This document shows, one piece after another, positions 1 to 13,104 of a DNA stretch of 64,000 bases (the stretch's first letter is position 1; each line of letters begins with the position of its first letter). Source of the DNA: Intoshia linei (lineage: Eukaryota; Animalia; Orthonectida); the NCBI GenBank assembly GCA_001642005.1, contig LWCA01000005.1, forward strand, positions 1-64,000. The letters run 5' to 3'. The position numbers and the translations under genes were made by a program. The notes beneath the pieces were generated by a model. That model did not search any database, was not told the origin of the DNA, and was given only the letters and a program-made list of their open reading frames with translations.

Positions 1-32
1 TATTTTTTATTATTATTGTTAATTGTAAATAG

Positions 33-763
33 AATGTTTAAAATATGTGTCAAACTATTGCATGGTTTGGCATTTATTCAATTAAATCAGTAGCATAATT
101 AAGTGTATAACTCATAAAAATGAAGTTATAAATACATTTGGTAACGAGATAATGATATTAAGTACTAGCAGTAACTTCAATAGTGTACTAGAAACTTATA
201 TATCAAACATTATATTTCATGTAGAAAATGAATTAACATAATATATTCATTCTAGAGTAAAGTGAGTTTAACAATAGTTACTCTAAAGTTGCTCTATCGT
301 TACTAAATCAAAGAAATCATATGCAATAAATGAAAATTTAAAATTCTCCTACAAATGTGATTTTTCAATTGATGTAACAGATCATATTTGAACACCTAAA
401 TTTATGTGGCTGTACGACATTGAGAAAAAAACCTATGTTTGAAATACCACGCATTTGGACTACACCAAAGTATCATATAGAAGAATACTATTTTTTCAAG
501 TGAAGTTATTGACAAAATAAAAAAAATTTAAACTGGGCAATTGTCATGGTACACTTTCATTTAAAAAGGTGAAAATGTATGGAACTATTTTTATATATGA
601 ATATGCACCTGAAGTGGAAGACACTGATTATAAAATGAGTGATGAATATGAATCAAAGTGTTTATATAAAGATGATTTGATGATGATTCTCATGCTAATT
701 TATTTGTACGAAATTGCGGTGCATCCTCGAACGAAAAGGGATAACGGTTTCACCAAACATTGA
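33..763 (+). CDS. 3' part of a hypothetical multi-exon gene; exon structure uncertain
   Basis: Short open segments flanked by GT...AG, e.g. 381-469 IIFEHLNLCGCTTLRKKPMFEIPRIWTTP, plus ORF 569-763. No family recognised. Confidence 0.3.
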
Positions 764-1665
764 AAATATATAAACAACGATTTCACAAAACAAATTTAAA
801 AAACATGGTGCAAAATCATGAATCAAAAATATTTGTAAATCAAATAAACTTACATTGTTAATATTTTTATTTTGTAATTCGTTTTTAATTTATTAATTAC
901 GCTTGATGTAGACGTAAACCAATTGGGTGAAATAAATTGTATCAGCACTTTTAAATTTTCTTTCATACAAGATAAGATTCGTGAAGAGAGATTTTGAATT
1001 TAACAAATTTATTTTATTTCAGGTGTGTACTGCAGGTAACTGTTTTAAAAATTTTTTTATTTTTTTAGATAAGATTTAAATCATATATTTAACAATGACA
1101 CTGATAGCTAGATAAACACTAAAAAAACAAAGTTAATATATACATTTATTTATTATATTACCATATCTCGGGTACCTGACGTACACCAATAAAAAAATAA
1201 TATACACAATGATGCCAAGAAAAAACTACATATATGTATAATGATATGAAATAGAAAGATTTTTGAAAGTCGATTTTTGTTGACTAGTGTAATGAACGAG
1301 TTTTAGTCAAAATTGTACACTAAATTTCTTATACATTCATTACTTTCAGTGATTTTTAAATAATCAATGTGAAAAAAAATAATATTTATTTATTAACCAT
1401 AGTCATATTAACAATTATATAAAGGAAAACAAAGAATGATAAAAATTATTTTAAAAATTTTCAATTTTTGTATCAATTTCAATAACTTAAAAATATAAAT
1501 TTAGAATTTATAAATATAATTCAATTTTTTCATTGAAATTATATTACATTTTTATTTAATGTACATATCAATAAATGTATTCATTCATTACGTCATTGAG
1601 GTTGAGGTTGATTCAATTGAGGTGGCACATTGAAAATTTTGATAAATTTAAATTATAAGTAAGAG

Positions 1666-3920
1666 TTATTTTCTTTCAGTAATCCGTGGTAGTGGAGAAA
1701 TAACCTGAACATTTTTCGAATCTACTGAAAAATCCGTTCAACTTATATTGATTAATATTTAATTAACAAGATAATCTTAATTGTTGCTTTACCGGAAATG
1801 TAATTTTTTCATATCATAAATTAATGTGGCGACAGAAATATCACAAACTAATATTTTCATGTTGAGTAAAATAACCGGCAAGCCATTAAAACTAGCATCC
1901 TATAATATAATAGACTTTAATAGTGCAGAAAAATGGTAGCTAAGATGAAAGTAAAGGTGAAGAAAAAAAATTAGTTCTTAATCAAAATAAAAAATACATA
2001 TAACCGTTTTGGGAATATTATAAAAATTTAATACAGCCACTAAAATATACACCTATTCCAACAGTAACAGAACCTTCATCATTTCCTTTTCATCCTGAGA
2101 AACACAACGTAAACTCATCCATTCGTTTGTACTATGAAAACATAAAGACGTGTCGTGACAACAGAAAATCATCTAAAGCCAATATTATCACAAAAAATAA
2201 TGATTACATTACCAGATCGGCATTCATTCGACGAAACAGTTCCAATCTTGCTTCTCGGTTTGAATTTTTACAAAAAAAACAGAATGCTGCTTTAAAAATA
2301 TACTTAACCATGTGTTTCGGTAGTTTATGATTAAATAAATTAACCAACAGTTGTAAAAAAACATCTACAATAAAATATAAATATCTTCAAGAAGCAATTA
2401 TAAATACAAATATATCAAATACCTATAACTCTATCATAACCGTTCTAAAATCTAATTAAAAGTTACAATTTTATTGTACCATTTTTATAATATTGATAAA
2501 TATCTCCTTTTCTGAAGCTATACTTGATATTTTAGATGTGTTCTCACCTTAAAATAATAATTAAAATAAAATAACATTACCACATATTAACAATACATAA
2601 ATTAATAAAATACAATAATTGTCAAAAGGAAAATGTCCATAAATACAACCACATTCATCTAAGGTTATCTATATCACGTTTTTAACCCATTCACTGTACT
2701 TGCATATCATACTCTGCAAGGCAAATTTAAAAAGAATATATTCATTGTTATAGAATCACGCATTACATAAATGACATCAATAAAATATAGAATTCAGTAC
2801 ATTTTGAGAATATAAGATGGGCAATAAAATCAATGTTCAATGTAGAATGGTAATACAAAATTAAACAAGTTCAAATAAAATGAATATTCAGTCACTAAAA
2901 GGGTTAAAGGCGAGTGATCGATTTCCAAATGTGGTGTCAAAGTTATATTTTTTGCTAATGTCTAGGGCGGCCAAACTTTAATTTTATAATGAAAGCTAAT
3001 TTTTGATGTTAATCAGCATAAAATTATAAGCATTATAATATCAATATTATGCACCTTAATTAGATAATTAAAATTTCGCAAATAAAAAATTTTATTTCAA
3101 AAGTAAACTTCAATTTAGCAGCAATTATAATTATAGTTATGTTAATTTTTAACATTTTTAAAAAATTGAATGCAGTATAAATGTGTCATTATATAAAATA
3201 AAATAAAAAAAATGCTACATAGAAATTAACATTTGCTGACTTAAAAATTAAACTATAATATTAAAAGGTTTAGCAAAAAATTTTTAGATGTTAATAAAGT
3301 TACATAAATTTAATTTTGGGTTAAAAACAAAAAAACGTCCTAGTATTGTCATTTTATTCATAAAATATAAACCTCCATTTCATAAAAATTATTTTTTCAT
3401 CCCAGGTTAGGTAAATAGTAGGTAATATGTGAAACATATCAGAACGTAACACATCATTGAAATGTGGTTCGTCTGTTTTGTTCGCGGCCCTAAATATATT
3501 TCACATATCACATTTTGGATGTACTAATCTAAAACATGAGGTAACGTATACTCTCTCTAATTTACCAATGTTAAAAAATTATAGAATTTTGTAGATAACA
3601 GAATATGGAAATTAGAGAGTGAATAATTTACATAAATAAAGACCCGTACAAAGGTTTTAGACACATCAGATTAAATTATTAGGTTATAGTTCATACATTA
3701 AAATAAAATACAATTTTTCAAAAAAGAGTAACCTCAGACAATAATCACACGGGGTTCTGAATATCGATGTGTATTTAGATAATATATATAGAAAAATGTA
3801 AAACATTTATTCTTCTCTAAAATAAAAAAGTATCTGACCGCTCAAGTATTATATCTGTCAAATAAAGACTATTGTTAATACATTTGTCAATAACAAACCC
3901 CTTTCACGGCTACAACTTGT
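1666..3920 (-). CDS. Hypothetical multi-exon coding region; separate gene or 3' continuation of the MED24-like gene
   Basis: Minus-strand open segments bounded by short GT-AG introns, e.g. DVFLQLLVNLFNHKLPKHMVKYIFKAAFCFFCKNSNREARLELFRRMNADL, DASFNGLPVILLNMKILVCDISVATLIYDMKNYIS and a final TDFSVDSKNVQVISPLPRITERK* ending at 1666. Phases not fully resolved. Confidence 0.35.
2686..2903. mobile_element. Degenerate piggyBac-like MITE
   Basis: TTAA|CCC...GGG|TTAA boundaries with imperfect TIRs (cccattcactg / cccttttagtg). Confidence 0.4.
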
Positions 3921-4071
3921 CTAAAAATTAAAAACTGTATTAGAAATTTTGTTTTTTAAATTCTAAAATTTTTAATATTTATATATTATTAATAATGGTA
4001 GCACATACATTTTTAGTTATATTATTAGAGCTGTTTTAATGGGGAACCTAAAACTTTTCCACGGGTCTGTA

Positions 4072-7000
4072 TTATAAATTACATTTAATATTCACTTGTT
4101 TCAAGTCGGCTGAAATATTTGATTTTTCTTGCAAGACATAATGTAAAATTATATAACAAATTTCAACCAAATTATTAAACATTTTATTTTTTAAAATATT
4201 GATATGATACAACGTATCAAAAAAATCAATCATGAAATTAGACAAACTATTGACTTGATTTGATATTATAGCCATACTAAGCATTCGGACAATATTTAAT
4301 GTGAATAATTCACCAGATTTTGCAGTTTTCTAATCATTTAAATTTAACAATTATAATTAAATCAGTTGTTCTCAAGGTGGGTCACTTGAAAAAGTTGTGG
4401 AGGCATAAAAGAATTATTTTTAAACCATTCATTTGTTATCCGAGAATTTATATGGATATTAATCTAACTGCTTCAAATTAATTTACATATTTTATATTCT
4501 CAAACTACAGTTGATACAATATGCGAAAGAATTTCTGATACATTTAAACATACTAAAATTGAACATAATGCTTTTACGTTGCATCTTTTAGATAGCCAGA
4601 AAAAATGCAATTCTTTAGAGATAACAGCATTCTCCATGTCGAGTGAATTTTCATAAGATTCAATTAATTCAACAATACTGTTAATATTTCGTTTCATGTA
4701 CTTATTTTGAATTTCAAATATCAATTCAGTCAAATATTTACAACTAAATATTACATTATATCAAGTATAAAGTTAATAAAAATATGTACAATAATAATTA
4801 AATAAATATGTGACACGTCTTCTAAAATATAGGGATACTAGCTTGACTATTTTGTACTACGTACAATGCTCTGTACTCTACCACCTGTATATTTTTTGAA
4901 ATTCTAGGGCTGTTTTCAAAAAAAAGGAAGGGAATTTGGGGTTTTGGCCATAAAAGTATAATTTTTTTAAATTTAAATTTATGATAATGTTTATGATTTT
5001 AAAATCCGCATCAGCGTATATATTTTTTTAAATTCTCCAACTCGTTTAATTTTCAACAAGAGGGACAACAAGGGTTTTTGACCCTTAAAATGTGAAATTG
5101 GGAGGTTGAAATTTATCTTATTATACACCTCGAAAAAAACTGCAATTGAAATGTGGTCTTTAAAAAATTCTAAGAGTGCTAGTTATTTCAAAAAAGTAAC
5201 ACACACAAACAGACAAACAAAAATCGCATCGCATTTTATATAAGTTAGGATCATGGTTCATGATACAATATAATCAATGTAATTTGGGGAGACGGAAATT
5301 AAAATCCATTACATTTAATTTTTAATTTATGGCATCATCTATCGTAGATACATTAATAATATGTATTTAATATTAATTAAACCATACGAGACTATTTCGA
5401 GAAAACATTTCCGTCAAATATATTATCTTTTACTAATTACTTTTATTACTTTTGGAATATCTAGGATTGTTCATTTTTTAAATAAACGATAACACATACA
5501 CACAGACATTCAATTTTTATATAAGTAAGATATATAATAGTACCATAAATTACCTTTCATTTTTTTGAATATCCAGCGCATTTTTAAGTAGATTATCATA
5601 AACAATAAAATAGACCTTTTCACTAGTATTACAAGCATTTTTTTGATATAAACAGGCATATATCCACAAACAAAAAACATTACACAAGGGAGATAAATTT
5701 GAAGAAAAAAAAGAAAAAAATGTCTCCAAATTAGCAAAGTTTTCATCATAAACAAGAGAATCAACTTGATAAATTAAAAATTCCAGTACCAAGATTAAAC
5801 TACTCATATTAACATGTTTAAATTCTTCTTTTTTAATTTCTTTACCATTAATAACAATATTTAAAAAAGACATTTGAAAAAAATTGATAAATTCTCCATC
5901 CAAATTCTCTTCATTGTATTGCAACTTTAACTTTACATCATTATAAATGTGCAAATAAATATAAGCTACAAGAGAATCATTCATTTCATTATCAATTTTA
6001 CCAATCAACGCATATGCATCCAATACAATCGAATACAAAGAAAGTAAATGAAATAAATTGGAACTATTTGATAAAATTTGATTAATTTTAAAAGTGCCGT
6101 CCGCAGTATCAATTAAATTGTGTATTAAATAAATTTCCTTATAAACATTATGAAATTGAACCAAATGTAGATACCAATAATTTTGCTCTTCAATACTTAC
6201 ATTGGTAATCATTTCAAGTTTACCATACATGTCATCAAATGAATTTAAGTGATCATGGTCATGGATAATTTCCTTTATAACATTAATAATACAATTTGAA
6301 TTGAACAAACTATTATTATGAGTAACAATAAATTGAGAAAATTCTTCGTATGCCGATTTTTTCACATAAGGACCAGTGTGACAGACATCACAATGATTAC
6401 AATCATTTTTAACAAATTCAATAAATGAAATAGTCAAAGTGTTTATCACAAAATTTACTATCAGGATGTTTACACGTTTTTGAGATTTAAGTCTTTGAAA
6501 ACAAAACAACAAAATCTTTGAAAAAATGAGGTGAAAATTTAAAACAAACATTTTACAAATAATTAATATTGTTTGGCTGAAATTATTCAATAAGATTAGT
6601 GATTTAAGATTAGTTTTGATTTCAGGCGATAATTGAGAATTTTTTGATGGTAAAGATTGGTGAAAATCTTGAAATTTTTGAATTTTCCGTAAACCATGAG
6701 ATTCCATAGATTCTTGTTTCATAAGATTTTTTAAATTTTTTACATGTTCATCAATATTAGTTTTATCGATGGGAATAAAAAAATACATTGATGTAATAAA
6801 TTCAACGATATTATCTATGGTCGATTCAGGTAATTGACAATTGTATTTTGGCATATTGATGAAATTTAGACTTTTAAAGTTTAAACAGTACATTTCTTGT
6901 TTAGTATCAATTTCCAACTTTTGTTTTAAATCTTGTAAAATTTCTGAGAGAGATTTTTTAAATTGAATGGAGCCATATTTTTCAGAGATTGCAATTATTT

Positions 7001-7559
7001 GTAGCTCAATTTTATTTCTAGTTGATTTATAGAAATTGAAAATTGCATTTATACAAATTTTTCGACTTGTGGATAAAATCCAATGTAATAAACCTAGCGA
7101 TTTTTGAGCAATATTTTTCCATTTACCTGTTAAGGATAATTGTAATAATGAATGTTCCAAAATTTTCAATGTTGTAGATATTAAAGATATTATACAGCCC
7201 CAAAATGATAATGTCGATTTTATTAAGGATTTTGTTTCTATAGCTGTTTCGATCAAGTGAGTCAGAATAATTTCAACTTGATATATATTATACATGTTGA
7301 ATTTGCTTTGTAATGTAATTAAAAAATTTTCAGACGATATAATCTTTAATTGTAAAGCTAAAGTAATAAGTTTAATGACATGTTTTGGTGGATGAATTGA
7401 TGTGAACAATTTTTCATATAACCATTCTTCTACTTGCGAAATTAATGTAAATTTATTAAATTTATGTAGCATTATGCTCAATTCAGCATCACTCCAATTT
7501 TCTATGTAACTTTTACGGAGAATTAGTCGTGTATTTACCAAATCATAATCTAAATCCAT
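4072..7559 (-). CDS. MED24: Mediator subunit 24-like; 2-kb first exon 7559-5553, further exons about 4743-4500 and 4330-4072, 3' end uncertain
   Basis: The N-terminus LILRKSYIENWSDAELSIMLHKF...LYEKLFTSIHPPKHVIKLITLALQLKIISSENFL parallels the MED24 N-terminus (ILQAWKERWSD...LLEQA..GPSPNPLILSYL..AI...VS...L). A phase-2 splice gaaag|gtaatt...ttag|ttgt joins the 671-aa ORF in frame to ORF 4500-4733. Confidence 0.6.
4838..5250 (-). mobile_element. Non-autonomous Helitron in the MED24 intron
   Basis: On the minus strand A|TCCTAACTTATAT...TTTGTTTGTCTGTTTGTGTGTG...CTAG|T: 5'-TC, 3'-CTAG, A/T target, no TSD, and a subterminal hairpin TTGTAC-3nt-GTACAA. Related 5' ends near 8678 (-) and 12208 (+). Confidence 0.7.
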
Positions 7560-7719
7560 TTTCAATTAAAATAAACGTCCACTCGGATTAACTTTTGTAG
7601 ACAATTGAATTGTTAACTGCAAATGTTCTTACTCTATTTTTTCAATAAAGTTACCAGAAAAAATACGTTTTATCAATGTAAGTTATAAGAACTTATAAGA
7701 ACCTATTTTGTCATTTTCA

Positions 7720-8678
7720 ATGTGATAATATATATTCAGTATTAATTATGTATCAATAATTAACGGAATCATCACTTTATAAAAATATTTCAGGTGAATT
7801 TTACCAATATTGCAAAAGATTGTAATAAATATAAAAATGATAATAACAAAGTTGTATTACTTTTAGTAATTGTTGTTGTAGTGTTAATTTAAATTTTAAA
7901 TAAAATGTTTTGAAAGTGAGAATTTAAGATTGAAAAATTGCGAAGGAATGAATTAAATAGATGTTCACCTATATTTCTTTATTGGAAATGTGTAACCATT
8001 CAATGCACATTTTTTTTTGAAATTGTAGGATCAATATTTACATTTTCAATTTTTATTTTAATCGAAATATTTGAAAAATATTGGTTGATAATATATTAAA
8101 AATTATTTTTCACCGGGAATGCGTAGATTTCTGGGGTTGAAATTTTGTATTTATATCAACTGTAATAAGCTATTTCAGAAAAATTTTTTTTTTAATAAAA
8201 TATTTTGGAAAAAAATATATAAATACTAAAATGCTTTTTTGGCCATCAAGCAGTGACTGATTCAGGTTGAAATTTTTTCTGTGTGTTAATAGGATAAAAC
8301 TGTAACACCTGTAAATTTTTTTTAATTCAAGGTCTGTTTTCATTAAGAAAAAAGTAATTTGTAGTTTTGGCCCTGAAGATATATTTTTTTTAAATTTAAA
8401 TTTATGATAATAATTATTATTTTAAAATCCGTATCAGAGTATATATTTTTTTAAGATCTCGAACTCATTTTATTTTCAAAAAAAAGACAATTAGCTTTTT
8501 GACCGGTAAAAAGTAAGTTTGGGAGGTTGACATTTATTTTGCTAACACCCCGGAAAAAACTGTTATATTGAAAAAATTGAAATATGGACTTTATAAAGTT
8601 CTAAGACTAGTAGTTATTGAAATAAACGGTAATACACACACAAACAAATATTGCAAATCGTATTATATAAGTAAAGAT
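7720..8678 (-). mobile_element. Helitron-family copy, 3' end eroded
   Basis: The 5' end A|TCTTTACTTATATAAT...TTTGTTTGTGTGTG matches 4838-5250. Segment 7980-8165 is a near-identical inverted copy of 57040-57230. Confidence 0.6.
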
Positions 8679-8836
8679 TAAATATTTTAATTTTAATAAA
8701 ATGTTGCTCAGCTGGTGTTCTGTGCAATCTTCCGTCTAGTTTCGAGAAAAAAATTTTGATTTAAGCGATAAAATGATAAACAGTATCGCTAAATTTGCAT
8801 TTTGTTGATTCAGTATTATAGCTTTAACCAATTACC

Positions 8837-9245
8837 CAGAGCCGTCTTAAGCTACTTCGTGGCTCTGGACTAAACAAAGGGCTGGGCCCTTCAAAATTTC
8901 GAGCGAATCGATAAAAAAAAAATTATGTCCCTGTTTAGAAGACAGGGCATACTGTTGGTTGGAGACTTAGAGTCTTATTTCATTGAGTATTAATAAAAGC
9001 ATTATATTTTAAATTAAATAATTACCAGAACTTTGATTCTTAAAACTATTTTCTTTTTAGCAATTTGAATTGCCACACTTTAAAACTTATAAACTGATTC
9101 TTAAGATATAAATGTGAAGAATTTTTTGATAAATTGGGATCTCTTTTTAAGATATAAATGTAAAGTACTTTTATTAATTTAGGGCCTTTTTTAATGAGGA
9201 GCCCTGGGCTATAGCCCATATTACTTATGCCTTAAAACGGCTCTG
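8837..9245. mobile_element. hAT (Tip100-like) MITE
   Basis: TIR CAGAGCCGTCTTAAG / CTTAAAACGGCTCTG; 8-bp TSD caattacc/caattata. Confidence 0.75.
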
Positions 9246-10140
9246 CAATTATATATTGTACATAAAAAAATAATATGAGGCATATACTCACCAACCCACA
9301 TCGTTACGTACATGTATATAAAGTAAATGTTGCTAAAAATCTGTCGGTTTGACAGAGTGTGTGGACAATTCATTAGAAAACTGACTGTCCCAGAAATTTA
9401 AAATATACAATTTATTTTTATTTAGTCATTTTTTTAACTTTAATGTTTTCATTACCTATTCTAAGCCATTTTTCCATCACAGAAAGTAACATAAATATCA
9501 CTATCAAAAATTTGCACCTTCTCGGTGAAAACCACAAAATACCCAATATTTTAAAAAATGAAAAAAACGAAAGTCGTAAAATTTAAAAAAATTTGGAGTC
9601 AACTTGTATATTTGACATACTAAAATCTGGATTGCAGTTTAAGAAATATATTTCTTATTTACAAGAATTTATTTGGAATTTCATACCACATCGGTCAGTT
9701 ATCTTGTGCGAAAACTCATGTCGTACAATGTCATTTTTTATAAATTGTATCACTTTATCAACACGACATACATTGTATAATTATATCACAATATCCATTC
9801 AAGTAATTATCTTTTTAATCGTTTGAATACAATGCAATCTACTAACTAACTTTTATTATCCAATAATAATTGCATCAATTCATAAATGTTTTTGTTTAAA
9901 GTTGATGTGTTTTTATTTAATTTATGAGTCGATAACAATACAAATTTGCAGCTGTTAATTAAACGATTGACTACAATGCATTGAGAAATATTAACTATTG
10001 TGCAAACAAAACAAACATTAATATGACAAAATAATCTTAACCACGCCCATGTTATACTGTAATTAACTAATGTAAATTAATACATCATTAATTTCATTTT
10101 AAATAAATTTGATTATATTTTACATTTTAAATACATAAAC

Positions 10141-11791
10141 ATGAAAATGAATACTTTTGTAACACTATTGATTCTGCAGGCATTATATCGAGTAAGTATG
10201 CACTTAAAAATAATAATTTACTTATAGAATATACGAAATGATGGGATTTTCTTTTTCGATTTGATATCTTATCATAACGAAGATAATTTAGACATGTATG
10301 GAAACTATTGTGACCGTATCAATCAATGCGATTTTTATAGTGAAGTTGTCATTACAGCCAATAATACGTAATTTATAATTTTTCAGTGTTTTATCCATTC
10401 TAGAACTCAAACATGGAATAATCGTAACGAAACTCTTGTCTGGGATCAAAGTGTTCTCATCGAAGATAGAGATTTTATTTATAATATGACTATGGAAACC
10501 AAGCCAGTAATTCCAATTTTGTTTTTATTTAAATATCAAATATAGGATGTTATTAATGTTTTTGTTTACATATATGATTACGATGTCATAACTGACGACG
10601 ATCTAATTGATATTGTTGGGATAACGTATTTTAACAACAGCTACTCTGAAACATGGCATACTGCTCATATGACAAAGTAAGTTCATTATTCATGCATATC
10701 ATTATATAGCACACATTACTTATTTTAAAATCACAATTATATTTTTATTTTCATTATTGAAATTAGTGTCGATGAAAAGATTTACATAATATATAAAGCG
10801 TACTATTTGGAATTAAAAGAGAATGAAAATAAAACCAGGTAAATTATGATTGGGATGATGATAATGGTTATTTAGTTCTTTTATAAATGCTGAAAAAATA
10901 AATTTCAATAATAACAACTTTTACAGTACTAATACTATTAATAATACGAGAGTTGAACCATTGGACTTACTCGATGACGTAAAATCAATGAAAGTGGAAT
11001 TTAGTACACCAAACAATGAATTTAATGATACTTTTCATGCAAAAATGTTACCACAAGCTAAACTTTTTAACGCATCCAATACTAATGGAGCTGCAATTTC
11101 TCCTGATATGAAGATTAATAAAATTAAATTGTTTGTAAGCTCTAAACAGACTGTATACGAAAATGTTGATAATATCGAGAAGGACAATACAACTGTTACC
11201 ATTCAAAGTAAAAATGTGACCATTAATAAAGATGATACTATTAAAAATCAGAAATTGGTCAAAGATAACGTGAATAAAGTCTTTAATATAGATAAAACAA
11301 ACGAAAGTGTCATTCTACCTAGAGACAATAGCACAAGAAACAATTTATTTAATGAATCGAATTCTAAACCCAACGAGCCTCAATCCGATGTTGACATTTC
11401 AGAATACGAAGTCAAGCCTATAACGCTAATATTGGCAAAGAAAAACAAGACAGTAAATGCGCACCACGTTAGCAATCTCATCAATCATGAACTTCATCAA
11501 AATTCCAATTTGACAAATTCAGGTTTACCTTTGATACACGTCAATCGAAGAATGGCTATGATCGAAATAATAGTAATTCCAATATCGCTTATGCTGTTTA
11601 TACTTGGAATAGTAATCTATTACCGAATAAAAGAACATTTAAAAAAATTACCAAATAGTACTTGTAATGTAACTAATGAAGACAACACTGGAAATTTTCA
11701 TATCTGTGAAACGGTCAATCAGAGCATTATGAGTGATTGCTGTTATGAAAACCCAAATTATGCTAATCCAACCGACTTGTTGGCTGTATAA
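10141..11791 (+). CDS. Type I membrane protein: signal peptide, MNNL/C2-like domain, Asn/Thr-rich stalk, one TM helix, NPxY tail
   Basis: Six exons splice in frame: 10141-10191, 10228-10367, 10404-10506, 10546-10676, 10767-10838, 10876-11791, with introns of 36, 36, 39, 90 and 37 nt, all GT-AG. Protein features: MKMNTFVTLLILQALY; GIFFFDLISYHNEDNLDMYGNYCDRINQCDFYSEVVI; VYIYDYDVITDDDLID; TM IIVIPISLMLFILGIVIYY; tail YENPNYANPTDLLAV. Confidence 0.8.
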
Positions 11792-12207
11792 ATATATTTT
11801 GTTTTATCAATTTGTATAATAAATCGGTTAAATGTAAAATCGTGATTTTATGTACAATGTATGTTTTTAGTGTCATGTCATGGTCGAACTGAGTCTCCAG
11901 AAATTTAAAGTCTTTGAGTATGAAATATGTTTTTGTAGATTGCGTATTTATACGAAATTCCTGTTAAATGTCAAAACTGGCTCAGATATTTATAAATCTT
12001 CATCGAATAGGTACTATCAGTATCAATCTATTCTTCCTCTATGTTAAAAATTAAATTAAATAATCGATTCTAGAGTGTTATTTTTATTAATTATTAGGAT
12101 GCACTTAAATTTCAATTTTCATTTTAAACTGCAAGTTCAATTTTGCTAATGTATACCAAATATTGTACAATCCTTTACTTACACTTTACTGTAAGACAGT
12201 TACATTA

Positions 12208-12350
12208 TCCTAACTTATATAATATGCTACGCGATTTTTGTTTGTGTGTGTGTTCCACTTTATTGAAACAACGACCAGCCTAAAAATTTTTTAAAAACCA
12301 CATTTCAATTGCAATTTTTTTTGGGATGTATAATAAGATAAATTTCACAT
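12208..12350 (+). mobile_element. Helitron 5' fragment
   Basis: A|TCCTAACTTATATAATATGC...TTTGTTTGTGTGTG, homologous to the 5' end of 4838-5250. Confidence 0.55.
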
Positions 12351-12564
12351 CTTATGAGTCAAATCTTTATATATTAATATATCACTATTACATTTTTAGA
12401 AGTACATTAGAAGTGTATTATAAATTTTTATGAGTTTATGAGCGATTATTGATGGTACTCAAGCCTCAGGTGTAGCTAAGGCTTAGTTCTATTCATTGTT
12501 TATGATTTACGATCGTTACAATCAATTTTTAAAAAATGACCTTATCAAATGCAAATGTGACTAT

Positions 12565-13104
12565 CAGGGGTGTGAATTTTTTTACTTTTTTGCGAAAATA
12601 CAAAAGTGCCACCCCATACGTGGAAGATGGGGTTGAATGATACACAATTATCAAAAAATTATATAAAAAGGATTAAAAAAAACCCTGGGGCAAAGCACTT
12701 CAAAATATGAATAATGAGCAAAATTTAATTTATTTTGTGTACTGAATTTCATAGTAATAATTATTTCCATAACAATTAATTTTCAATTTATATTTTTGTA
12801 TATTTATTCAGTTTTTTTATTGGAATCGGTTTTTTTATTAATTCGGCGTTCATGATTCGCTAGACGACAATTTTGCACATCTTTATAGCTATTTGTATAA
12901 AAAAATTTATATTTAAAATGATATTTTTAAGAAAATTGTCATATATTAGTTACTGTGAGCGATATATTATTCAAAACTTTAGAGGCGATGCCCCAGGGTT
13001 TTTTTAACTGTTGAGAGGTAAGATTGGGTGCAAATTAAATATTTTCAAAATGTTCATATGGTGGAAGGGTGCACTTTTGATATAAAAATTCGTTCACACC
13101 CCTA
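12565..13104. mobile_element. hAT-like MITE with long imperfect inverted arms
   Basis: TIR CAGGGGTGTGAA / TTCACACCCCTA; TSD gtgactat/ttgtctat; internal inverted pair aaaaaccctggggca / tgccccagggttttt. Confidence 0.65.

Noticed and set aside
289-520. Frame with two in-frame TGA codons (389, 440) at Trp-plausible positions, suggesting recoding
   Set aside because: A stop-free exon exists in another frame (381-469) between AG/GT sites, and confident genes here (EIPR1, AGBL4) use TGA as a stop.
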